Assembly (NCBI GenBank): GCA_965198235.1
Contig: OZ240248.1
Coordinates: 4,320,001-4,384,000, forward strand
Reading direction: 5' to 3'
DNA from: Candidatus Poribacteria bacterium
GTDB lineage: Bacteria > Poribacteria > WGA-4E > WGA-3G
Length of the DNA: 64,000 nucleotides
Made by a program: the position numbers and the translations under genes. This document shows positions 36,601 through 46,467 of this stretch, one piece after another. The first letter of the stretch is position 1. Each line of letters begins with the position of its first letter. The notes beneath the pieces are model-generated. The model did no database searches. It was not told the origin of the DNA and saw nothing but the letters and a program-made list of their open reading frames with translations.

Positions 36601-38256
36601 TTACCTCGGTTCAAGCACAACGCAAGGCAGAATCATCTCCTCAAGTGAAACACCACCGTGTTGGAAACTGCCCTGAAATATCTCTTTATAGACATCGAAT
36701 TGTCTTTCATAAACAAAGTAGTAGTCCTCTTTTGCGAGAACATAACTTCTTCGTGCTTCTTCACCCGGTAAGCGATACGCGCCTGGTTCCTTTATGACCC
36801 ACCCGGCTTCAGGTGAACACGAGATGTTTTTTCCTTCTTTAAACCGAAGCCCAGTCGTGAGTTCCGCTTGACTTGAAACTTTCGCTGCATTTTGGCAAAG
36901 GAGCGAACCGTGGTCAGACGTTAAGACGACCGTCATACCGCGTTCAGCCGCAATCCTGAATATTCTATAAAGATGCGAATGCTGAAACCACGCCTGGGCG
37001 AGCGTCCGAAATGCTGCTTCATCTGGAACGAGTTGCTGTAGTAAATCCATCTCATGCCGCGTATGGGTCATCATATCAAGGAAATCGACAACAAGTGCCG
37101 TCAAACTAATCCTGTCCGTAACGTTTAGCCAGTGTAAATATTGAATTTCGCCGCGTGTATCAAAAATTTTGAAGTAATGGAGAGGCGGCTTGAGAAGTAT
37201 GCCGTGCCGCTCAAGTTGTAAGCGCATGAGATCCTTCTCATAGCGATTGATACTCGTGTGCGCTTTATCGGGTTCTGCGTATAGGTCCGGGTGCCTTTCA
37301 GCAAATTCAAGCGGAAACAACCCGCTAAAAATAGCGTTTCGTGCATAACGGGTGGCTGTTGGCAGAATGGAATAATAGTAATCTGTGGTTATATGAAACA
37401 GCGGATACAGCAAGGGTTCAATTTTCAACCAGTGGTCCAACCGCATACAATCCATAACAACAAATAGGACCTGCTTCCCTGCCTGAACTTCAGGAATGAC
37501 ATATTTGTAAACGACATCCACAGATAAAGTAGGTGACGCTTCACTCGCAAACCAATTGTGATAGTTGGCTTGAATATAGTCAGCGAACGCAGCATTTGCC
37601 TCTCGTTTCTCTATTTCATGGATGGATTTAAGTTCATCGACGTTATGAAGGGTATCAAGTCGCAAATCCCATTCAACGAGGCGAACATAAGTATCAATCC
37701 ATGTCTGCCAATCGTCAGCGGAACTGTGTCCCTGCGTAGCACCACCTGATATTTGTGCCTTGTTAAAGTTCTGAGCGTAAGCCTGTGGTGTATATGCTTC
37801 CCGTCTCGTCTGTTTTTCAAGTATAAAAGCAAGCGATGTCTCCAACTGTCGAGACGAAGTTTCGTCCTGATCATTTGCTGTCCGTATGAAAACACTGTCA
37901 ACATCGTAAAGGCTTGCTTGCTGCAGCACTTCCTGTCCACCCTCGTGTGTTAGGAGAATAATAGGAATATGCGCATCCACACTCCGAATATACGAAAGCA
38001 GATTCTCCTCTCGCGTCGCTCCGTCATAATTCAATAGGACAGCATGATATTCTTCATCTTGGAGTAACGTAATACCTTCAGTAATAGTGTTTGTTAAAGA
38101 AATGTCGTATCCTTGATATTCCAGAAAGCGGATGTAGGGGTTGGATGTTATATTGGTCTGCTCCTCATGACCTCGCCCCTTAAGTTGCGCGCCAGATTGC
38201 TCTACATCAGATATCTGGTTATCAATCCACAGAATCCTCCATCTTTTTTCCTGCAT
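36601..38256 (-). CDS. PorX-like receiver plus PglZ (alkaline phosphatase superfamily) protein
   Basis: ILWID receiver start; PglZ motifs VMDCMRLDHW, ILPTATRYARNAIFSG, FLDMMTH, SDHG and FQHGGVSLEEM. Confidence 0.85.
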   Translation of the reverse strand: MQEKRWRILWIDNQISDVEQSGAQLKGRGHEEQTNITSNPYIRFLEYQGYDISLTNTITEGITLLQDEEYHAVLLNYDGATREENLLSYIRSVDAHIPIILLTHEGGQEVLQQASLYDVDSVFIRTANDQDETSSRQLETSLAFILEKQTRREAYTPQAYAQNFNKAQISGGATQGHSSADDWQTWIDTYVRLVEWDLRLDTLHNVDELKSIHEIEKREANAAFADYIQANYHNWFASEASPTLSVDVVYKYVIPEVQAGKQVLFVVMDCMRLDHWLKIEPLLYPLFHITTDYYYSILPTATRYARNAIFSGLFPLEFAERHPDLYAEPDKAHTSINRYEKDLMRLQLERHGILLKPPLHYFKIFDTRGEIQYLHWLNVTDRISLTALVVDFLDMMTHTRHEMDLLQQLVPDEAAFRTLAQAWFQHSHLYRIFRIAAERGMTVVLTSDHGSLLCQNAAKVSSQAELTTGLRFKEGKNISCSPEAGWVIKEPGAYRLPGEEARRSYVLAKEDYYFVYERQFDVYKEIFQGSFQHGGVSLEEMILPCVVLEPR

Positions 38257-38415
38257 ATTATGCCCCCTTTGTGGAATGTAGGTTTGCCAAAGCACCCTAC
38301 ATCTTGATAAACGGGCAACCTATTACGTGCCCGATGTCTTCGGGGTGAGCAGTCGTGAATCCTCCGATAAAAAGCAGAAAAGCATGTGGTGCTATCCTAC
38401 TGAAGCAAACAAAAA

Positions 38416-39831
38416 CTAAATACTCGAAACAAACCGACCCGGATTCAACAAACCAGTCGGATCGAATTTCGCTTTAAGCTGTTTCATTAAATTGAGTGTT
38501 CCTTCGACGGAACCCCAAACGTCAATGTGTCGTTTGAGTTCAGGTGGTGCAACTTCTATGATGAGATTTCCCTGCCTCGACATTGCAGTTTGACGCAGTT
38601 GCGCTAGCGCATTCGCAAGCGATTGGTAATCCGTGTCGGATGCCACAGGAATAGTGACATACAACACACCACTTCCGAGCAACGCCATCATCTGGGCATC
38701 ACGAGCCCAATTCGCCTCCACAATTTGCGCAGTAAATTCTGCGAGATCGGTGCGCTTCAGGTTCAATTTGGCAACCACTATTTCGGTATTTTTGTTATTT
38801 GCTGAGAATTCCTGAACAGCCTCCTGAAGGTGCTGTAACGATTCGTTTTCTATAATTGTGACACCTATCGCACCGTTTTGTTCCATAATTCCTTGGCACT
38901 GCGTCAATTGCCACGCCACAGTTTCGGGATCCCCACCGAACCCAACCACCACTTTTTTAACTATGGGCACCTGGGCATCGTTCCACTTCGTTTCACGAGG
39001 GTGTCTGGTTAATTCCGGCTGAGTTGGGGATTTGTCCGCTCTTAATTGGGTGCTTTCTGCATTGATGAATAGATTTACAAACATCGGCAGTGTTTGTGAA
39101 CTGACAATACCTAAACCCGTGTTAGCTGCGTCTTGAACGTTCTGAAAGTCTGCTGTAAGTATCGCTTGCCGTACGGGTATGGGTGACAACTTGAGGGTTA
39201 CCTCGGTAATGATACCGAGTGTCCCAAACGCACCAATATAGAGTTTGTTAAGATCGTAGCCAGCGACATTTTTCACCACTTTGCCACCACTTTTGACAAC
39301 GGTGCCGTCTGCCCGAACAACCCGCAATCCCAAGACCTGATTTCGGGCGGTCCCATGCCGTAAACGGAAAGAGCCACTCGCGTTTGTTGCTACAATCCCA
39401 CCGATGGTACATCGGTCTGCATACGGTGGATTCAACACCAGATACTGACGATGCTCCGCCAATTCAGTCTGGAGGTCCCTCAAGCGGATACCCGCTTCCA
39501 CGGTTACAGTTAAATCCGCCGGTTCATACTCAACAATACTATTCAGGGACGTTGTCGCCAGTACCACATCTACTTTCTGTGGCAGATTTCCAATACCAAG
39601 TTTCGTACCTGCACCCGCAGGCATAACCGACACACCTTGTTTTACCGAAAATTGGAGGACCTCTTGCATCTCTTGGACAGATGTCGGTAAAACGACTGCC
39701 TTCGGCACGTATCCATCAAAAGTGTAGGCTGCGACCTGTTCCTCCGGAAGGATGCCGGATTCGCCGACAATACCTTTAAGTTCATCGTGCAGTGCACGTG
39801 AATTTTCCATACACTTCTCTTTCTCGGTCAT
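38416..39831 (-). CDS. glcE: FAD-binding oxidoreductase, glycolate oxidase subunit GlcE-like
   Basis: GAGTK, YEPADLTVTVEAG, TIGGIVATN, GGKVVKNVAGYDL and KFDPTGLLNPGRF motifs. Confidence 0.85.
   Translation of the reverse strand: MTEKEKCMENSRALHDELKGIVGESGILPEEQVAAYTFDGYVPKAVVLPTSVQEMQEVLQFSVKQGVSVMPAGAGTKLGIGNLPQKVDVVLATTSLNSIVEYEPADLTVTVEAGIRLRDLQTELAEHRQYLVLNPPYADRCTIGGIVATNASGSFRLRHGTARNQVLGLRVVRADGTVVKSGGKVVKNVAGYDLNKLYIGAFGTLGIITEVTLKLSPIPVRQAILTADFQNVQDAANTGLGIVSSQTLPMFVNLFINAESTQLRADKSPTQPELTRHPRETKWNDAQVPIVKKVVVGFGGDPETVAWQLTQCQGIMEQNGAIGVTIIENESLQHLQEAVQEFSANNKNTEIVVAKLNLKRTDLAEFTAQIVEANWARDAQMMALLGSGVLYVTIPVASDTDYQSLANALAQLRQTAMSRQGNLIIEVAPPELKRHIDVWGSVEGTLNLMKQLKAKFDPTGLLNPGRFVSSI
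38953..39033 (-). repeat. Family A repeat (right half) in frame inside glcE
   Basis: Encodes SPTQPELTRHPRETKWNDAQVPIVKK; the DNA aligns with intergenic 54184-54267 and with the dsbD copy. Confidence 0.85.
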
Positions 39832-39925
39832 TATTGTAAAATGATTCTCTGTGGAAATACTTTAAAAGGGTGCCCAGAAACTCTGAGTAAGCGGTATTGT
39901 CCACTGTTAGATATGTCTTGAAGGT

Positions 39926-40171
39926 TTATGCATCAGGATTCTTAGTGAGGATTCTTATCTCAAACCCTTCTATTTTTTCTGTTTGATCTGTTTTAACGGG
40001 GGTTTGGTAAATGGAAAAATCTTCCAAATGTTTCACGCTCCGTTCAAGCAAAGATAGCCGCGCGTTCACTTTACCAAATTCTCGGACAATCCAGATGATA
40101 CCGCCCACGATACCAAGTAATACAGGTACCCCGGCTGCAAGTAAAGCAACTATGACCCTTGTCTCTATCAC
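39926..40171 (-). CDS. Small single-TM hypothetical protein with a coiled-coil
   Basis: Hydrophobic N-terminus, then KVNARLSLLERSVKHLED; starts 4 bp after the previous ORF. Confidence 0.55.
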   Translation of the reverse strand: MIETRVIVALLAAGVPVLLGIVGGIIWIVREFGKVNARLSLLERSVKHLEDFSIYQTPVKTDQTEKIEGFEIRILTKNPDA

Positions 40172-40175
40172 TCAC

Positions 40176-40502
40176 CTATCCCGCTACATTAATCTGGTCA
40201 AGACTGAAGTGAATCTGTCTCATCCAGTACTCCCCTGCCCTACTATCAAGGTATTCCATCTTGTCACCAGTGCTTGACATGCTCCCCTCAGAATCAAATT
40301 TATGTCCTAAAGCGGAAGCAAAAGTGTCAATGAACCGCTCGTAACTTCGGGTAGGGATAACAGGTATCTTATCTGCTTCAGTAATAATAATGCGGACCGC
40401 AAATTCATTACCTCCCAGATGTTCAATAGATTCGACTTCCGTAATGTTTTGAAGCATATCTCGGATAGTACTGATAACATCATCTTTGGAATAGGTTTTC
40501 AT
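40176..40502 (-). CDS. Hypothetical protein
   Basis: ATG directly follows the glcD stop (TAAATG); 108 aa; no family recognised. Confidence 0.55.
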   Translation of the reverse strand: MKTYSKDDVISTIRDMLQNITEVESIEHLGGNEFAVRIIITEADKIPVIPTRSYERFIDTFASALGHKFDSEGSMSSTGDKMEYLDSRAGEYWMRQIHFSLDQINVAG

Positions 40503-41936
40503 TTAGAAGTTCCTCACTGGATCGGGTTGCAAACCCAATTTCGCATAAGATTCGGCTGTTGGGAAAATTTTTCCGGGGTTGCAGAGACCCGTAGGGTCAA
40601 AAACTTCTTTGACAGTCGCCATTACTTGCAAATCGGCAGGACTGAAGATGAGGGGCATATAATCCATCTTCTCAACACCGATGCCGTGCTCCCCTGTGAT
40701 TGTGCCCCCGACCTCAGCGCACACAGACAGAATTTCCATATTGACATGCTCCACGCGTTCACACTGGTCAGCGTCTCGCTCATTAAAGAGGACAATAGGA
40801 TGAATGTTGCCGTCACCTGCGTGGAACACATTCGCGATGGGAATCTGATACTTCTCAGAGATCTCAGAGATCCGCCGCAGCACCTTCGGCAGCGTCGTCC
40901 GTGGCACGACACCGTCCTGAGTAATGTAGTTCGGAGCAAGTCGCCCGAATGAACCAAACGCGCTTTTTCGCGCCTTCCAAAGTTGCTGCCGCTCCGTCTC
41001 ATCTTTGGCGTAATCCACCTTCCGTGCGTTGTGCTGTGTGAATATCTCCAAGATCTGATCGGTCTGGTTCTTCATTCCTGCCTCAATACCATCAAGTTCC
41101 ACAATCAGAATCGCTTCGGCATCAAGGGGGAAACCGAACTGGAAGGCTTCTTCTAAAGCACGAATGACGAGAGTGTCCATCATTTCAAGGGCAGCCGGAA
41201 TAATACCTTCACCGATAATCGTTGAAACAGCATTAGAAGCATCGTCCATTGTCTCAAAGACAGCGAGCGCGGTTTGGTACGCCTGCGGATTCCGGGTAAG
41301 TCGGACGATTGCTTTCGTTACGATTCCAAATGTGCCTTCGGAGCCGACCATCACACCGCGGAGGTCGTAGCCGAGCGTTTCCTCAACAGCACCCCCCAAT
41401 TCAATAATTTCACCATCCGGCAAAACAACTTCCAACCCAAGCACATGGTCGGATGTAACGCCATATTTCAAGGTATGGGGTCCACCGGAATTTTCGGCGA
41501 TATTCCCGCCTATCGTGCATGCCTTCTGACTTGATGGATCCGGCGCGTAGTGATAGCCTCGGTTCTGCACCGCCTGTGTCAACAAGAGATTAACCACACC
41601 GGGTTCAATCACCGCTCGTTCGTTCTCAAGATCCACCTCTAAGATGCGGTCCATCCGGTTGAGGGCAATGATAATCCCGCCTTGGACAGAGAGCATACCA
41701 CCACTCAAGCCGGTGCCGCCGCCACGAGCGATAAACGGAGTGTCATATTTATTCGCCAACTTTACGATATCCGATACCTGCTGTGCCGTATCCGCAAAGA
41801 CAACAACGTCCGGCATCGCCTTAAAAGACGGAGCCGCATCGCATTCGTATACCGAAAGTGCGGTTGCATCCGTTAAGACATTCTTAGACCCAAGGCGTGT
41901 AGAGAGGTCAGCAATGAGTTGTTCTTTCTGGTCCAT
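40503..41936 (-). CDS. glcD: Glycolate oxidase subunit GlcD (FAD-linked oxidase)
   Basis: RGGGTGLSGG, PDPSSQKACTIGGN, GSEGTFG, HAGDGNIHP, GEHGIG and NPGK motifs. Confidence 0.92.
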   Translation of the reverse strand: MDQKEQLIADLSTRLGSKNVLTDATALSVYECDAAPSFKAMPDVVVFADTAQQVSDIVKLANKYDTPFIARGGGTGLSGGMLSVQGGIIIALNRMDRILEVDLENERAVIEPGVVNLLLTQAVQNRGYHYAPDPSSQKACTIGGNIAENSGGPHTLKYGVTSDHVLGLEVVLPDGEIIELGGAVEETLGYDLRGVMVGSEGTFGIVTKAIVRLTRNPQAYQTALAVFETMDDASNAVSTIIGEGIIPAALEMMDTLVIRALEEAFQFGFPLDAEAILIVELDGIEAGMKNQTDQILEIFTQHNARKVDYAKDETERQQLWKARKSAFGSFGRLAPNYITQDGVVPRTTLPKVLRRISEISEKYQIPIANVFHAGDGNIHPIVLFNERDADQCERVEHVNMEILSVCAEVGGTITGEHGIGVEKMDYMPLIFSPADLQVMATVKEVFDPTGLCNPGKIFPTAESYAKLGLQPDPVRNF

Positions 41937-42248
41937 AGTCTATTCCTTCTGCATGGCAATTTCTGATTATTCTTGTACTTAGTGTATCACAATTTTGGTT
42001 GAATGTCCAATTAGAAATTTAGCGAATGTTTCCAGATTTTTTTCTTTGTGATAGCCGCGTGCAGCGTGTTGCAATTATGAGACTGAATACAACCCACCAA
42101 AGTTTGATTATCAAGGCACTTTTCCGAGATACAATGAGTGCAGGAAACAAAAATGCGAAAACAGATTATAAATCCAGTTTCTGCCAAAATTTTCCTTGCG
42201 ATGCTGGCTCACAGCATGCTATAATGTAGACTTAAAGGAGGATGAACT

Positions 42249-42989
42249 ATGAAAACATTTATGATTCTCGTATGCGGAATCTTGTTGTGCAGCATCGTCG
42301 GAGTAGGCTCCGCCGGTGTATGGACGGACCCCTTTGACGGCGACGAACTCGTTGAAGGGTGGGAATTCCGCGACCATCGCGACAAAGTTACAACGTTTGA
42401 AGTCAAAGACGGTTTTCTACAGATGACCAATCCAAAGGGTGGATGGGGGCATACCACTCCTGATAAACCGATGCTTGAACGGGAAATCCCGAAAAGTGCC
42501 GCGAAAAACATAATAGTGAGTGGGATTTTTTCCACCGAACCGGATAAACCCGCAGACTCATGGATCGGTATTTTCCTTTACAGCGACGAAGACCTGAACT
42601 ACGCTTGTCTGCTATTTGGTGGCGAAGCCAATCAGCCACAAAAAACCCTCATTGGCAGCATGGTCCAAGGAGGTTGGCAAGACAAAGGACACTTTCAAAC
42701 AGGCTTCGATGTCCCGCTTCACCTCAAGATCGTCAAAGAGGGCGATGTCTTCTCCGGCTATTATCGAGAGAACGAGAAGGATGAATGGAAACTCTCTGGG
42801 GACAAAACGTGGAACCACAAGTTTGATGTAGAACGCGTCGGTGTCGGCTTCATGAACAGTTGGGGCGGTCAAACTGTTACCTTTCTTGTCGATACACTCT
42901 CCATTGAAGGCGAAGGGATTGAACCCTTGGAAGTTGCGCCAAACGGGAAACTGACGACAACATGGGGAACCCTCAAAGCGAGTCAATAA
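42249..42989 (+). CDS. Secreted beta-sandwich (concanavalin/LamG-like) protein with a C-terminal KLTTTWG motif
   Basis: Signal peptide, WTDPFDG..., HLKIVKEGDVFSGYY, ending VAPNGKLTTTWGTLKASQ. Extended -10 TGCTATAAT and AAGGAGG upstream. Confidence 0.75.
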   Translation: MKTFMILVCGILLCSIVGVGSAGVWTDPFDGDELVEGWEFRDHRDKVTTFEVKDGFLQMTNPKGGWGHTTPDKPMLEREIPKSAAKNIIVSGIFSTEPDKPADSWIGIFLYSDEDLNYACLLFGGEANQPQKTLIGSMVQGGWQDKGHFQTGFDVPLHLKIVKEGDVFSGYYRENEKDEWKLSGDKTWNHKFDVERVGVGFMNSWGGQTVTFLVDTLSIEGEGIEPLEVAPNGKLTTTWGTLKASQ

Positions 42990-43178
42990 TCTTCGGTGGA
43001 ATGTGTTTGCCTATAGAAAGAAAAGCAAATCCGTCCAGCACGCCAGTAGATTTAAAATGGGGTGGTGCAAGCACTGCCCCCATAATACTTCTTGAGCAAA
43101 TCGAATAGCATCAAAAGACAAACGCTTAAAGCCACTTAGGTGACAAAAGATTAAGAGCTAAGGAGAAATGTTACCACC

Positions 43179-46100
43179 ATGTCCATTCCCAAAATGTCCG
43201 TGAACAACCCGGTCTTAGCGAATATGCTAATGATTGTAATTATTGCTTTCGGGTTGTACGCATGGATAAACCTACCACGAGAACTCACACCAGAAATTGC
43301 CCTACAGAGCGCGACTGTGACGACCCTGTATCCGGGTGCTTCTCCGGAAGAAGTTGAAAAGCTCGTATCCGCCCCTATTGAAGACGCAATTGAAGAAAAC
43401 GTCAATAAAATCAATCTACTGCTCTCTAATTCTTCAGAGGGACGCTCGATTGTCTCCGTTGATTTTGAAGAGATGAGCAACCGTGATTTCGACAAGGAAC
43501 TTGAGAACCTCCGCACTGCTGTAGAACAGGTAAATGAATTGCCAGCAGAAATTTTGGACGATCCGAAGGTTGAAGAATTGGATGTCTCCTCTGGCTTTCC
43601 TATGTTGACGATTGTTGTGGGCGGCACCATTTCGGAAGCGCAGATGCGGGATATTGCCGAAAATCTCAAGGACGAAATCTTAGACATCAAAAACATTGCG
43701 TCCGTCCGAATAGCAGGTCTCCGTGAGAGGGAAATTTGGATTGAGGTGAACCCGGATCGGTTGAAGGCGTATCAGATTCCGATTGCATCTATCATCACCG
43801 CACTCGGTGCCAGTAATTTGAATCTCCCGGCTGGCACGATGGAACTTGGGAGCACGGAGTTTATGGTGCGGACAATGGGCGAATTTGCGAATCCAGACAC
43901 GATCGGTGAAACCATCATCGCTGTTCAACCGACAGGCACGCCACTCCGTCTGAAAGATGTCGCAACGGTTTCGGACACCTATGAGAAAGCACGAACGCTA
44001 TCACGGATCAGTGGGAAACCTTCTATTAGCCTAAGCGTGCAAAAGAAGACTGAGGGCAACACAATCACATTAGTTGCCGAACTTCGAGAATTGGTTGAAA
44101 AACGGCAAGGAGATCTCCCTGAAGGTGCCGAATTAACGCCAGTTAACGACTATTCGGTTATACTCAAAGAACGGTTGGGGATTCTTGAAACAAATGCATT
44201 TTTTGGTTTGATCCTTGTTGTGTTGATGCTTCTCCTCTTTATTGGATGGCGGAACGCGATATTCGCGGCACTCGGAATACCAGTTGCGTTCATGGCAACC
44301 TTCTGGTTCATGTCTATGACAGGTTACACACTCAGTGGTGTTTCTCTGTTCGGACTCATCTTAGTCGTTGGAATTGTTGTAGACGATGCTATCGTCGTGA
44401 TAGAAAATATTTATCGACACATTGAGAGAGGTGAACCCCCGAAAGTTGCCGCCATTCGTGGCGCACAAGAAGTCGGCTGGCCCGTCGTAGCTGCCAGCTT
44501 AACGACAATCTGCGCATTTGGTCCCCTGATGTTTATGTCTGGCGTTTCCGGACAGTTCATGCGGGTCGTGCCAGTCATGGCGATTCTCGTCTTGTTGGCT
44601 TCTCTCTTTGAGGTATTCGTCATTTTACCAGCACACGTCGCCGAGTGGGGGAAACCGAGGAGCCAAACGGGGCACAGTAGGCTTGATCGAATTCGGACTC
44701 GATCTCAGGGGGCTTTCACCGCGAGTGTACGCATCGTTGGTTTTTTGGTGTGGTTCAGCACGGTTTTTGACTTAATCCGGAACCGGTATGTTAGAATCCT
44801 GAAGGTAACGATTCGGCGGCGGTACGTCTTCGTCGGATTTGTTCTTTTCATGGGTTTGATTGCATGTGTCAGTGCGTTTTTGGTGCTTGACAAGGAGCTC
44901 TTTCCTGGGGAGGACTTTCCTCAATTTTATGTCAAAGCCGAAATGCCGCCTTCCTATGGACTACAAGAAACAACAGCAGTTATGGCGCAGGTCGAAGAAG
45001 CCGCCAAAACACTTCCATCATCTGAAATCGCCGCAATCGTTAGCAACATCGGTATACATACTCCGACTTCAGGATTGATGGAAGGCGTTACCTATGGATC
45101 AAATTTTGGGGAAGTTATCATTGAACTCACACCAAAACAGGAACGCACTCGAGGTGTAGATGAAATCATCGCAGAACTGCGTACAAAAACAGCAACAATT
45201 AGCGGAATCGAGCAGCTGAATTTCATCACACAGGAAGGCGGTCCACCCTCAGGGTCGGATGTTGAAGTCAAGGTAAAGGGACCGCGATTTGACCAACTTA
45301 CGGAACTCACCGATGTCCTTAAGACATCACTTATGCAGATGGATGGTGTTTACGATATTCGGGATGACTTTCGGATTGGTAAATCCGAAGTCCGTATCTA
45401 TCTGAAACCGGAGAAGGCACATCAATTCGGGTTAACTACATTCCAAATCGCACAAACAGTGCGTACCGCTATTGAAGGTGCTAAAGCAACAACCTATCGT
45501 GAAGGAGACGAAGCGATTGATGTCGTTGTCAAATATAAAGAAGACACCCTCACGAACCTTGTAGAACTTAATAACCTCTTAATTGCAACACCCACGGGTG
45601 CAATTGTCCCGCTCAAGGATGTCGCCAATATCGCAGAAGATAAAGGATATTCCGATATCCGTCGATTCGACGGTGAACGGGCAATTACGGTTTATGCATC
45701 GGTAGATACTGAGAAAACCACAGCGTTCAAAGTAAATCAGGCGCTCATCAGTGCTTTTGATGACGTGGAATCGCTGTATCCGGGATACAAGCTTGACTTT
45801 CGAGGGCTTTTCGATGAAATTCTGGATTCCTTCTCCGAATTGTGGAAATTGTTTATTGTCGGGCTGTTGTTAATCTATGTGGTATTAGGTGCTCAATTCA
45901 AATCGTTTATACAACCGATTATTATCATGTTTGCTGTTCCTTTTGGGATGATAGGTGCGATGGTTGGACTCCTCCTCTCCAATGCGACACTGAGTATTGT
46001 TGCGATGTTCGGTATCGTTGCACTCTCTGGAATTGTCGTGAACGATTCGATTGTCCTTATCGACTTCATTAACAAATATCGAGAACGCGGTTACAATAAG

Positions 46101-46406
46101 TGGTATGCAATCCTAAAAGGTGGCAGTGTCCGATTACGTCCCATTGTTCTTACCTCACTGACAACAATTATCGGACTCATTCCGATGGCTGTCGGTCTTG
46201 GTGGTAAATCACCGATCTGGATGCCGATGGCGTATACTATCATCTTCGGGCTCGCCTTCGCAACCACAATGACGCTATTTGTGATGCCTGCGCTTTATGC
46301 CATCACAACCGACTTACGAGGTCTCTTCCTGAGAAATCCAGAGGAACGCTTCCGAACCGTTTCAGAGGAAGAACTGTTGGGTGTTGCGGTCCCAGCTGAT
46401 GATTAA
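43179..46406 (+). CDS. RND (AcrB/AcrD/AcrF) transporter permease
   Basis: YPGASPEEVE, GIVVDDAIVVIENI, GIVVNDSIVLID and RLRPIVLTSLTT motifs; 1075 aa. Confidence 0.95.
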   Translation: MSIPKMSVNNPVLANMLMIVIIAFGLYAWINLPRELTPEIALQSATVTTLYPGASPEEVEKLVSAPIEDAIEENVNKINLLLSNSSEGRSIVSVDFEEMSNRDFDKELENLRTAVEQVNELPAEILDDPKVEELDVSSGFPMLTIVVGGTISEAQMRDIAENLKDEILDIKNIASVRIAGLREREIWIEVNPDRLKAYQIPIASIITALGASNLNLPAGTMELGSTEFMVRTMGEFANPDTIGETIIAVQPTGTPLRLKDVATVSDTYEKARTLSRISGKPSISLSVQKKTEGNTITLVAELRELVEKRQGDLPEGAELTPVNDYSVILKERLGILETNAFFGLILVVLMLLLFIGWRNAIFAALGIPVAFMATFWFMSMTGYTLSGVSLFGLILVVGIVVDDAIVVIENIYRHIERGEPPKVAAIRGAQEVGWPVVAASLTTICAFGPLMFMSGVSGQFMRVVPVMAILVLLASLFEVFVILPAHVAEWGKPRSQTGHSRLDRIRTRSQGAFTASVRIVGFLVWFSTVFDLIRNRYVRILKVTIRRRYVFVGFVLFMGLIACVSAFLVLDKELFPGEDFPQFYVKAEMPPSYGLQETTAVMAQVEEAAKTLPSSEIAAIVSNIGIHTPTSGLMEGVTYGSNFGEVIIELTPKQERTRGVDEIIAELRTKTATISGIEQLNFITQEGGPPSGSDVEVKVKGPRFDQLTELTDVLKTSLMQMDGVYDIRDDFRIGKSEVRIYLKPEKAHQFGLTTFQIAQTVRTAIEGAKATTYREGDEAIDVVVKYKEDTLTNLVELNNLLIATPTGAIVPLKDVANIAEDKGYSDIRRFDGERAITVYASVDTEKTTAFKVNQALISAFDDVESLYPGYKLDFRGLFDEILDSFSELWKLFIVGLLLIYVVLGAQFKSFIQPIIIMFAVPFGMIGAMVGLLLSNATLSIVAMFGIVALSGIVVNDSIVLIDFINKYRERGYNKWYAILKGGSVRLRPIVLTSLTTIIGLIPMAVGLGGKSPIWMPMAYTIIFGLAFATTMTLFVMPALYAITTDLRGLFLRNPEERFRTVSEEELLGVAVPADD

Positions 46407-46467
46407 CCAGAAGTGTAGAGCGAAATTTCCGACCCTCGCCTTTTAGAAAAAAGATTGGAAAATTGAT

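Noticed and set aside
38257-38400. c-di-GMP-I riboswitch upstream of the PorX-like gene (GGCAAACC and a CGGGCA/TGCCCG stem)
   Set aside because: Lacks the GAAA hairpin and the GACGCAAAGC segment.
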